Assembly (NCBI GenBank): GCA_023268805.1
Contig: JALRKT010000004.1
Coordinates: 1-63,127, forward strand
From: Bacilli bacterium
GTDB taxonomy: Bacteria; Bacillota_I; Bacilli_A; RFN20; CAG-826
Length of the DNA: 63,127 nucleotides
Direction of reading: 5' to 3'
Position numbers and translations under genes: made by a program. This document shows, piece by piece, positions 8,949 through 17,145 of the stretch. Each line of letters starts with the position of its first letter. The first letter of the stretch is position 1. The notes beneath the pieces are model-generated. The model was given only the letters and a program-made list of their open reading frames with translations. It was not told where the DNA came from and did no database searches.

Positions 8949-10705
8949 AATTAATGCAACGTTGGTTGAATAACTTTTTATTAAAACCGTTGCAAGGAAG
9001 TTGGCAACGCTTCCCTGTCACATTAATTTATTCTTTTCTTTTAGGATTTTTGATGGTATTGAATGAAGACCTTGAACTAAACTGGTTGACCGATGTTTCT
9101 CAAGCCTTGTTCATTTTTCTTCCGTTAACGTTGAGTGTGACTCTCACAAGGGAAACGTTTGCGTGGTGGCGCTGGTCGAAGATCATCGATATTCTCACCG
9201 TAATCCTTCTCACCGGGCTTTATTTTGGTTGGTTGCAACTCGAAGCGAATCTTGCCGTGGGCTTCTTTCGCTTTTCAAATTTACTTTTTGGGTTTTATTT
9301 ATTGCCTTTATTTATCCGATATTTCCATGCGAATAAGGCGATCGAAAAACCCATCATTGATGGCATTAATGTTATTTTTACCGCGCTTGTTTATGCCTTA
9401 TTCCTCTTTGTCGGTGTCGCCATTATTTTATTGAGCACGAATATTTTGTTTAATTTATCGATTGCCTTTACCGTCTACTCGAATGTGCTTATCTTATCGC
9501 TTACGTATGTTTTTGTTCCCACATGGTTGAATGGCTTTCCTCGAGGAAACGAAAAAATCGAGGAAGGATCGTACTCCGTTATCTGGGAACGTATCTTCCT
9601 ATTTGTGCTTGCACCTGTCATCAGTGTCTTTATGATTTTTATCGTCATCTACTTGCTGACGGGTCTATTTCAAAGTGAACAATATAACGCGGGAATTTAT
9701 ACGTTATCAACCTTGGTGATTGCTTTTGCAGGGATTTCAACGCATGTCTCCACCCGTCGGTTTGTCGAACGTTATCCTTTAATAAAGCTTTTTCAAAACC
9801 TTTTCCCCATCGTTTTACTCGTGATTATGTTTGGGTATTATGTCGAACTCATTCGTGTGGGGATTGTCTTTGGATTTTCCATGGGTATCGTCCTCCAACT
9901 CATGATGGGAATATGGCCGATCAGTTACGCGATTTGGGTGCTCAAAAGACATCCTCAAGCCACCCAACGCGCCTTATTAACCCTTGTGGGCATTTATGTG
10001 TTCGCGGCCGTGATGCCTTTCGTCAATGGGGTTGGCATTGCCCGATTCATTTTACAAGGTCAATTTAACGCGGCGATTGAACGGCTCGATATGCTTGATG
10101 AAGAAGGGGAATTGATGGTCAAAAACGACCTTACACAAGAAGAATACAATCAACTTTTTTCGATTGTCACGTCCATGAATGAAATTGGCCTTGCTTCCTT
10201 TTCGGGCATTCCGGAATCGTATGAACACCCCTTTGATTTTCCCACGACCTTTGGGACGTATACCGATGACCCGGTCGTCGAATTTGTGGATTATTATTTT
10301 TCTTTATCGAATCAAATCTTAGATTTTTCTTCCTTTGACTATGAAACATTCTTATTTGTGCCTTCGATCATGGATCTTGTGGAAACACCTTACACCAGCG
10401 ACAACGTGACCATGTCACTGACCATGGAGGAAGAAACCGATTTACAACTTGATTGGAATATCACCTATGGTGATGAAGCCGTTACGATTGGTATTCTTGA
10501 GGAAATGATTGCCGTTTTGTTAGCGCGGCATTTCCCCGGTGAAGATATCCAACAAGCAGACTACACGGCAGTAAACCCTGAAGACTTACTCATTTCCTTC
10601 ACTTTTGAAACGTTTTCGATGGATATATGGGTGCAATCACTTATTTATTTTGATGGGTACTATCGTAATTTTGCAATGGGGGCCTATGTAGGTTTCTTCC
10701 GATGA
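8945..10705 (+). CDS. Large polytopic membrane protein (about 12 TM, possibly DUF4153-like) with a ~200-aa acidic C-terminal soluble domain
   Basis: 586 aa. Hydrophobic helices run through about residue 380, followed by an Asp/Glu-rich globular region. It is translationally coupled on both sides. Confidence 0.6.
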   Translation: MKLMQRWLNNFLLKPLQGSWQRFPVTLIYSFLLGFLMVLNEDLELNWLTDVSQALFIFLPLTLSVTLTRETFAWWRWSKIIDILTVILLTGLYFGWLQLEANLAVGFFRFSNLLFGFYLLPLFIRYFHANKAIEKPIIDGINVIFTALVYALFLFVGVAIILLSTNILFNLSIAFTVYSNVLILSLTYVFVPTWLNGFPRGNEKIEEGSYSVIWERIFLFVLAPVISVFMIFIVIYLLTGLFQSEQYNAGIYTLSTLVIAFAGISTHVSTRRFVERYPLIKLFQNLFPIVLLVIMFGYYVELIRVGIVFGFSMGIVLQLMMGIWPISYAIWVLKRHPQATQRALLTLVGIYVFAAVMPFVNGVGIARFILQGQFNAAIERLDMLDEEGELMVKNDLTQEEYNQLFSIVTSMNEIGLASFSGIPESYEHPFDFPTTFGTYTDDPVVEFVDYYFSLSNQILDFSSFDYETFLFVPSIMDLVETPYTSDNVTMSLTMEEETDLQLDWNITYGDEAVTIGILEEMIAVLLARHFPGEDIQQADYTAVNPEDLLISFTFETFSMDIWVQSLIYFDGYYRNFAMGAYVGFFR

Positions 10706-11703
10706 GTGGGTTGCTTTTTACCCCTTTTCAATGGGGTTCTCTTTCGCTTAAAAATCGCCTTGTCATGGCCCCGATGTGTATGTATAGTGCCAACGAAGAA
10801 GGACACGTACAACCGTTTCATCTCGCGCATTATCCTGCTCGTGCGTATGGCGGTGTGAGTTTAGTCATTGTTGAAGCCACCGCGGTTGAATCACGGGGTC
10901 GCATTTCGATTCACGATTTAGGTATTTATGATGATGCTCAACTAGCCGGATTACATCAACTTGTAAGTGCGGTTCATCATGGTGGCGCCAAAATTGCGAT
11001 TCAACTCGCTCACGCAGGAAAAAAATCAGGCGATATGTCCCAAGAAGCTATTTCTCCGTCTGCCATTCCGTTTACGCCTGAACACCGGATGCCCCGAGCG
11101 ATGACAAAAGAAGATATTCAAACCGTCATTCATCACTTCCGATTGGCTGCCCATCGTGCTCAACAAGCAGGATTTGATGGCGTTGAAATTCATGGGGCCC
11201 ATGGTTACCTCATTAATCAGTTTTTATCGCCATTAACGAATCATCGAACCGATGAATATGGTGGATCCATCGAAAATCGTACGCGTTTTTTAATTGAAAT
11301 TTTACAGGCAGTATCCACGGAATTTCATGGGGCCATTTGGGTCCGATTATCAGTAGAAGAATACGCCGAAGGCGGTCATCATGTGGAAGAAACCCTTCGC
11401 ATGTTGGATCTTATTAAACCTTACGTAGTTGGCGTTAATGTGAGTAGTGGGGGTGCAGTCCCTGTTTCTATTCAATCGTATCCGGGTTACCAACTTGGTT
11501 ATGCGAAAGCGATTGAAACGCAGGGTATTCCTACGATTGGGGGAGGCCTCGTCACCACCTACGAACAAATCGAAGATGCATTAGGTCAAGGCATATCGCT
11601 TATTTATCTAGGTCGAGAACTCTTGTTAAATCCTTACTTTTATTTACAGCTCGTTAAAAAGTATCATCCTCTCGACATGATTGCCCCGTACAAACGCGGA
11701 TAA
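10702..11703 (+). CDS. namA: NADPH dehydrogenase, Old Yellow Enzyme family (YqjM/NamA type)
   Basis: 'LKNRLVMAPMCMYS', 'IQLAHAGKK' and 'GVEIHGAHGYLINQFLSP' closely match B. subtilis YqjM. Confidence 0.88.
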   Translation: MSGLLFTPFQWGSLSLKNRLVMAPMCMYSANEEGHVQPFHLAHYPARAYGGVSLVIVEATAVESRGRISIHDLGIYDDAQLAGLHQLVSAVHHGGAKIAIQLAHAGKKSGDMSQEAISPSAIPFTPEHRMPRAMTKEDIQTVIHHFRLAAHRAQQAGFDGVEIHGAHGYLINQFLSPLTNHRTDEYGGSIENRTRFLIEILQAVSTEFHGAIWVRLSVEEYAEGGHHVEETLRMLDLIKPYVVGVNVSSGGAVPVSIQSYPGYQLGYAKAIETQGIPTIGGGLVTTYEQIEDALGQGISLIYLGRELLLNPYFYLQLVKKYHPLDMIAPYKRG

Positions 11704-11707
11704 GAAA

Positions 11708-11725
11708 AGCACCCTTTCGGGTGCT
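11708..11725 (-). terminator. Hairpin terminator for the minus-strand ABC operon
   Basis: AGCACCC-TTTC-GGGTGCT. The T-run lies only on the minus-strand side (GCTTTTC). Confidence 0.55.
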
Positions 11726-11864
11726 AGTCTTCGTCGTTTTCTGGGTTAGGTTGGTTGCTCGGTTTCTTTTTAATCATGGCATTAAAGACTTTGAGCTTTA
11801 AATAACCAATCCCGACGACCGCGACCGCGATGAGTACCCAGACCCACCAATCAAGTCCAAACAT
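11724..11864 (-). CDS. Unlisted 46-aa single-TM protein (MFGLDWWVWVLIAVAVVGIGYLKLKVFNAMIKKKPSNQPNPENDED)
   Basis: ATG 3 nt after the upstream permease stop, a Trp-rich TM helix and a charged tail. Its stop lies inside the terminator hairpin. It is below the 60-aa cutoff of the ORF track. Confidence 0.45.
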   Translation of the reverse strand: MFGLDWWVWVLIAVAVVGIGYLKLKVFNAMIKKKPSNQPNPENDED

Positions 11865-11867
11865 GGT

Positions 11868-12683
11868 TTAAAATCCCCTTTCTGCGCTTGCACGCTTGAC
11901 AAAATAACGAATGGAAATAACTGCAAGGAAGATCATATAGACCGCGCCAATTACTAAATAAAGGGTATAGGAGAGATCATCAGGACCTTGGGTTTGAAAC
12001 GCGAGATTTAAAAAGGCTTTCACGGGCCAAAAGTTGGGGGTGATGCCTAACAAATATTGTTTCCAATCCCCAAAAGCTTCTAATAATACAAGGGCAGGAA
12101 TAATGAAGAGGATGCCTGCGGTTTTCATCAACGCAAACCCTTCAATTTTATTTTTAGCAATCGCTGCGATCATCGCCCCAATTGTCGGTGTGAGGAGACT
12201 ACTAACCGCACTAAAAAGCAGTAAATCAAGGAAAGAAATTTCTGATAGTCCAAACCGAATCCCGTTAAAGGAATACGAATACGCATCGGAAAAAAAGAGG
12301 ATGATGCCGCCCACCATGACCAGTGTTCCTAAAAAACCAATTACATAGGTGTAAAGACTCTTAAACCATGCATAGCCTTGAACGGTCATGGGTGAGACTG
12401 CAATCGCTTGAATCGTTTTCTCATCTTTGTTTTCTAAGAGTGAGAATCCGAGTAAAATACCCGAGATCATGCCACCGACGGCGAGAATAACCACAAAAAT
12501 AATTGTTAGACTTAATGCGTATTCCCCGGAAGATGTTTCTAGACCGGTTCGTTCTAAAATCGAAGGAATGGCCCATCCCATAAAAAACAACATAAAAACA
12601 GGATAAATGAACATAAATAAGTTCATAGGGTCACGTAAGAGTGTTTTGAGTTCATAGCCTAGTAAAGCAAACCAGGATTTCAT
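11868..12683 (-). CDS. ABC-2 type exporter permease
   Basis: 271 aa, 6 TM, overlaps the upstream permease by 4 nt. Confidence 0.75.
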   Translation of the reverse strand: MKSWFALLGYELKTLLRDPMNLFMFIYPVFMLFFMGWAIPSILERTGLETSSGEYALSLTIIFVVILAVGGMISGILLGFSLLENKDEKTIQAIAVSPMTVQGYAWFKSLYTYVIGFLGTLVMVGGIILFFSDAYSYSFNGIRFGLSEISFLDLLLFSAVSSLLTPTIGAMIAAIAKNKIEGFALMKTAGILFIIPALVLLEAFGDWKQYLLGITPNFWPVKAFLNLAFQTQGPDDLSYTLYLVIGAVYMIFLAVISIRYFVKRASAERGF

Positions 12684-13396
12684 GCGCGTAAAGCCTCCTT
12701 TTTAAAGCGGGGATAAACATAAAGTGGAAAAATAAGCCCAGGAATGGCGACTAAAAAGAACATAGCGAGAAGGATCATTGTGATATCACGGTCGATGAGT
12801 AACGACTGAATGATGTATTGAGCGGCGTAACTTGGGGATAAAAACCCAACCCATTGAAATGACTCAGGAATAAGGTCTAAGGGAATAAGAATAGCGGGTA
12901 AATAAAACAAAAGTGCGACGCCCATATATTTGACGAGTAAACTCATAAAATCCGGACTTAAAAACATTAAGATAAAGCCAACACTAATGTGCGCAATCGT
13001 TGCCAAGATAATGTAAGCAAGGGCGAGGAGTAAAGGAATCCAGTAACTATGAATGAGTCCCATCGTCAGACTGATGAGGGTGATGGAAACAAGGGAAGGC
13101 ACGAGACTAGCAAGTATTTTTGCAACGAGAACCTTCCTAGGTGAAACAGGACTCACAAACAACGCTTGAAGCGTGCCTTCTTGTTTTTCAAAATAATAAG
13201 ACGAACCGATGAGGACAATGGTCATTAATCCTGCATCAAGGGCGAGCAGCTGTGGCATGAGTAATTCAGCCTCTTGAAAGGAAGTAAACGCCAAGACAAA
13301 GACCCAAATCAACGAGACAAACAATCCAAAATAAATAATTTTATAATGGAATAAACGTAAGACTTCGGATTTAAGTAAAAGCAACAGTTTAAGCAT
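12680..13396 (-). CDS. ABC-2 type exporter permease
   Basis: 238 aa, 6 TM, overlaps the ATPase gene by 8 nt. Confidence 0.75.
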   Translation of the reverse strand: MLKLLLLLKSEVLRLFHYKIIYFGLFVSLIWVFVLAFTSFQEAELLMPQLLALDAGLMTIVLIGSSYYFEKQEGTLQALFVSPVSPRKVLVAKILASLVPSLVSITLISLTMGLIHSYWIPLLLALAYIILATIAHISVGFILMFLSPDFMSLLVKYMGVALLFYLPAILIPLDLIPESFQWVGFLSPSYAAQYIIQSLLIDRDITMILLAMFFLVAIPGLIFPLYVYPRFKKEALRA

Positions 13397-14258
13397 GATC
13401 TTCCCCCGTAATCAAAATAAAGATTTTATCTAAAGAGGTTTCTTGACTATGCATGGTCACGATACGGTCTTCTTGAATCAATTGTTGAAAGAAGGCATCA
13501 CTGGCAAGTTTCTCCATGGGGAAAACGTGTTGTTTTAATCCTTCTTTTTCTTGGTATTCTACTTTAATTTCTCGAACACCATATTTAAGTTTTAATGCTT
13601 TCGGATTGGAGGCTTCTAATAATTTCCCATTCGCGATAAACGCCACTTCATCACATAATTCTTCGACATCCCCCATTAAATGGGTTGTGATAATGATGGT
13701 TTTACCTTTGGCTTTCTCTTCTAAAATAATGTCTTTTAAAATGCGGGCGTTGGCCGGATCCAGTCCGTTGGTGGGTTCATCTAAAAAGAGAACATCGCCA
13801 TCGTTTAAAAGTGCTTTGACAAAATTAAGGCGCATTTTCATGCCTTTGGAATATTGACCCACCTGTTGATGCATCGCATTGCCCAGACCGACCCGAATCA
13901 TGAGTTTTTCAAAATCAATGTGACGTTGATACAACGACGCAAAAAACTTCATGTTTTCATAACCTGAAAGTTTGTTGAAGTGAACAGGCATTTCAAAACC
14001 GACACCGATGCGTTCGTAATAGGCTTGTCCCAATTCATTTAACGATTGCCCAAAAAATCGAACATCGCCTTGGTAATCATTGAGTAACTTGATAAGAATT
14101 TTTTGTGTCGTTGATTTTCCTGCTCCAGAAGGTCCTAATAACCCAAAGATGGAACCTTTTGGAATTTTTAAAGAAATGTCATGAAGGACATTCCCCCTTT
14201 TTGGGGAGTAAGCAAAACTTAACTGATTAATTTCAAAAGCGTATTCCATCTTAATCAC
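13389..14258 (-). CDS. ABC transporter ATP-binding protein
   Basis: Walker A 'GPSGAGKST', signature 'YSKGMKMRL' and Walker B 'VLFLDEPTNGLD'. Confidence 0.9.
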   Translation of the reverse strand: MIKMEYAFEINQLSFAYSPKRGNVLHDISLKIPKGSIFGLLGPSGAGKSTTQKILIKLLNDYQGDVRFFGQSLNELGQAYYERIGVGFEMPVHFNKLSGYENMKFFASLYQRHIDFEKLMIRVGLGNAMHQQVGQYSKGMKMRLNFVKALLNDGDVLFLDEPTNGLDPANARILKDIILEEKAKGKTIIITTHLMGDVEELCDEVAFIANGKLLEASNPKALKLKYGVREIKVEYQEKEGLKQHVFPMEKLASDAFFQQLIQEDRIVTMHSQETSLDKIFILITGEDHA

Positions 14259-14781
14259 CCTCCTTTAGGGAAATATGTTTGATGTATTCAAAAGCTTTAC
14301 GGAATTCTTGGAAAATGGTGGGAGCATCTGCCCCATCCAATAATCGTTGCCGATATCCTAAGGCCATCACGTAAAACCATTGATAAATAAATTGAGGATC
14401 GACATCGTCTTTAAAGAGAGTTAAATCTTTTTCGGTAAAGGGATAAGGGGGGAGTTCTGGCGCTTTTTCTAAGTCGATGAGAATGAATTCGAAAAGATGT
14501 GGTGTCGCAAGTTCAAGTTTATATTTTGCGATTTGGAGGTCATACAGTTTCTCAAAGAAATGCCCTTGATTTTGATGGAACGTGTCTTGAAGATGTTGAA
14601 TGAGAGAAAGTGCATACGTTCGCGTCGCTTCATACAATGCCGCTTTGGTTTTAAAATGATGAAATAATAGCGGTTTGCTCACTCCAGCATGACGAGCAAT
14701 ATCGGCGATACTTGCCTTCTTTTTTCCCAACGTTGAAAAGATTTCAATCGCGGATTTCATGATGGAAAGTTTTGCGGACAT
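14251..14781 (-). CDS. TetR/AcrR-family transcriptional regulator (probably on a leaderless mRNA)
   Basis: The HTH 'SIADIARHAGVSKPLLFHHFKTK' lies close to the N-terminus if translation starts at ATG 14781. A consensus promoter ends 6 nt upstream of that ATG. The 44-codon ORF-track extension is rejected. Confidence 0.85.
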   Translation of the reverse strand: MSAKLSIMKSAIEIFSTLGKKKASIADIARHAGVSKPLLFHHFKTKAALYEATRTYALSLIQHLQDTFHQNQGHFFEKLYDLQIAKYKLELATPHLFEFILIDLEKAPELPPYPFTEKDLTLFKDDVDPQFIYQWFYVMALGYRQRLLDGADAPTIFQEFRKAFEYIKHISLKEGD

Positions 14782-14787
14782 AACCCT

Positions 14788-14816
14788 ATTATAAAGCGAC
14801 TGACCGATTCGGTCAA
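14788..14816 (-). promoter_or_regulatory. Consensus sigma-A promoter of the TetR/ABC operon
   Basis: On the minus strand: TTGACC (14816-14811), 17-nt spacer, TATAAT (14793-14788). The A of the ATG lies 7 nt after the -10 box. Confidence 0.7.
14801..14815. promoter_or_regulatory. Perfect 15-bp palindrome TGACCGA-T-TCGGTCA, candidate TetR operator
   Basis: Seven-bp arms that are exact reverse complements. It overlaps the -35 box and spacer of the TetR promoter and lies upstream of the divergent VTC gene. Confidence 0.7.
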
Positions 14817-14853
14817 TATGTTCATTTACATTCTTTTTTGCTACACTACAAGT

Positions 14854-15588
14854 ATGGCTGAAACCAACGTCTTTAAGCGGTACGAGAAAAAATTTGTCAT
14901 TACCCGTCATCAATTCGAAGGGCTTTTACAAACCATTCGTCGACACATGAAATATGACCCTTATTGTCTGGAAGGAAATACGTATCATCTTCGTAATGTT
15001 TATTACGACACAATTGATCATCAACTTATCTCTATCTCCTTGTTAAAACCTGATTTCAAGGAAAAATTACGGATTCGTAAGTATGGGGTTCAAGGGGATG
15101 GGACGAACTTAGTTTTTCTTGAAGTGAAACGAAAAATTCAAGGTGTTGTGACCAAACGTCGCGCTTCCATGAGTTTGACTGAAATCGATCAATTTATGCT
15201 GAAAGGTGAAATTCCGAGTCGAACGGATTATTATTCACAACAAATTTTAAAAGAACTTCATTATATGACTCATGTATATGAACTCAAAAAAGCGGTCTTC
15301 ATTGAATATGATCGTTTAGCATTTTTTGATAAAAAAGATGAAGAATTCAGAGTGACTTTTGATCAAAACATTTATACTAGATATGACAATTTTGATTTTG
15401 AAAGCCCAGATCGCGGTGTTTCTTTACTCAAAGAGGATCAAGTATTAATGGAAGTCAAAGTGGGGGACGCGATGCCTCTATGGTTTGCAAAAGCACTAAG
15501 TCGCCACAACATCTATCTTCATTCGTTTTCTAAGTATGGAAAAGCGTATGAACTTGAATTAGCAAAGGAGATTCGCAACGATGTTTGA
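14854..15588 (+). CDS. VTC-domain (CYTH-like, polyphosphate-polymerase-domain) protein
   Basis: 'FKRYEKKFVI', 'YYDT', 'KLRIRKY' and 'VFLEVKRK' match the bacterial VTC domain pattern. I take the start at MAETN. The ATG at 14818 is an alternative. Confidence 0.7.
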   Translation: MAETNVFKRYEKKFVITRHQFEGLLQTIRRHMKYDPYCLEGNTYHLRNVYYDTIDHQLISISLLKPDFKEKLRIRKYGVQGDGTNLVFLEVKRKIQGVVTKRRASMSLTEIDQFMLKGEIPSRTDYYSQQILKELHYMTHVYELKKAVFIEYDRLAFFDKKDEEFRVTFDQNIYTRYDNFDFESPDRGVSLLKEDQVLMEVKVGDAMPLWFAKALSRHNIYLHSFSKYGKAYELELAKEIRNDV

Positions 15589-16258
15589 TAATTTAAATAC
15601 TCAGCTCGACAATTTGGTGGCTGTGACCTTAGTCGTCATGGTATCTGCGGTTTTACTCGGTATTATCTTGGCCTATTTCTACATGTTTATTAAGCGAGAT
15701 GAAGGTTTTATTTCTGACTTTCCTTGGACGATGGTCATGATGCCTCCCGTCGTCGCAGTATTGATGATTATGCTTGCCAACAATCTTGCCGCAGGGATTG
15801 CGGTTGGGGGATTATTTGCGCTTACGCGTTTTCGTACGAATCAACGAAACACTGAAGATATTGCCTATGTTTTATTAACCGTGGTCATTGGCGTCATTGC
15901 CGGGACAGGTTACGTCGCGTTTGCTGCCGTCTTTACCTTATTCATGATGGCCATTATTCTTATTTTATTTTCGTTGAAATTTGGAAAGACATCCGATCGC
16001 AACATTGCCTTACGAATCATCGTTCCTGAAAGTTTAAATTATGAAAATCTATTTGACGATTTACTGAAGGAATATTGTTTATCAGCTCAACTTAACCGGG
16101 TGAGAACCATTGATTTTGGAACACTTTTTGAAATCTCTTATAGTGTTGTCATCAAAAAATCCACCAAACAAAAACAATTTATTGATAAAATTCGTGAACG
16201 TAATGGAAATTTAACGGTCACGATGACCGTACAACGCTTCAATCAAGTTGATTTTTAA
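15581..16258 (+). CDS. DUF4956-domain membrane protein (usual partner of bacterial VTC proteins)
   Basis: Four TM helices with 'GGLFALTRFRTNQRNTEDIAYVLLTVVIGVIAGTGY'. Overlaps the VTC gene by 8 nt. Confidence 0.7.
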   Translation: MFDNLNTQLDNLVAVTLVVMVSAVLLGIILAYFYMFIKRDEGFISDFPWTMVMMPPVVAVLMIMLANNLAAGIAVGGLFALTRFRTNQRNTEDIAYVLLTVVIGVIAGTGYVAFAAVFTLFMMAIILILFSLKFGKTSDRNIALRIIVPESLNYENLFDDLLKEYCLSAQLNRVRTIDFGTLFEISYSVVIKKSTKQKQFIDKIRERNGNLTVTMTVQRFNQVDF

Positions 16259-17145
16259 TGAAGTTATTTGTCCTTGCCGCTTTCTCACTACTACCCATCC
16301 TTCCACCGCAGTCAGCGGTTGATACCCACACGTTAGAATTTATTATTTTAAATGACGATCAAACGCAAACCGTTGAAGTTGAACATGGTGATTTTCTTTT
16401 TTCCGCACCCACCTTTACTCCGCGTGATAATGTCGTTCTAACCGCATGGTATGACGATGAAGCATTAACGCAGTGGCATGATTTTGATGTACCCATCCTC
16501 GCTTCAAAAACCTTGTATGCAGAATGGCGTTATCGAGGGACCTCCGTTCAGCCAGCAACCTTACGTGCATCCGAGGTTGGAGAACGTTTTGCTTCGGAAA
16601 CGATGACACTTTATTTTGATTTATATGAACCCTTAGCCTACCAAGTACGGTATCAATGGCAAGCGGCAAGGGTAACAGAACAACAATTTGAAGATATCGG
16701 AGGAGCAACCTTACCTTCTTTTTCACCGTATCGAAATGGTCGTTTTCAATATCGTCTTGAATATAAAGTACCCCTTTATAATGATGCAAATTTAGTCGTT
16801 GGTTCCATTCCGTATTACACCGCCCCGATCATCATAGAAATCTATGGCCAACAAACATATACCCTCCCCATTGTATTAGCCTCCTTTTTTGCATTGTTTC
16901 TTTTGGTCTATTATTTCCAAAAGAAACGCGCGATTTACTTTGATGTGGCAGGTGGTCAACCTATGCCGCCTGAAAAATTTCATGTAGGAGAAGATACCTC
17001 ACTTCTTCCGAAAGCGAAGAAAAAAGGTTATCGCTTTGTGGGGTGGTATTATGATAAAGATTACGAATTTCCTTTCAAAGGTAACCGAATGCCATTAAAA
17101 TCAATGAGATTGTATGCAAAATTCAAACCCACCCTCAAGAAATAA
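16258..17145 (+). CDS. Membrane protein with two Listeria/Bacteroides-type (InlB B-repeat, Flg_new) repeats flanking a TM helix
   Basis: 'LTAWYDDEALTQWHDFDVPILASKTLYAEW' and 'GYRFVGWYYDKDYEFPFKGNRMPLKSMRLYAKF', plus a signal-like N-terminus. TAATG coupling to the upstream gene. Confidence 0.6.
   Translation: MKLFVLAAFSLLPILPPQSAVDTHTLEFIILNDDQTQTVEVEHGDFLFSAPTFTPRDNVVLTAWYDDEALTQWHDFDVPILASKTLYAEWRYRGTSVQPATLRASEVGERFASETMTLYFDLYEPLAYQVRYQWQAARVTEQQFEDIGGATLPSFSPYRNGRFQYRLEYKVPLYNDANLVVGSIPYYTAPIIIEIYGQQTYTLPIVLASFFALFLLVYYFQKKRAIYFDVAGGQPMPPEKFHVGEDTSLLPKAKKKGYRFVGWYYDKDYEFPFKGNRMPLKSMRLYAKFKPTLKK

Noticed and set aside
14782-14913. The 44-codon N-terminal extension of the TetR ORF. Similar long ORF-track starts occur for dnaX (26739), the DUF1295 gene (3600), the DUF2177 gene (3238), the M29 peptidase gene (38936), gcvPB (48280), ricT (22783) and the CBM lipoprotein gene (56616).
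   Set aside because: The extensions run through promoters, terminators or upstream genes and lack SD sequences. Internal starts align with family N-termini, lipoboxes or SD/ATGA coupling.
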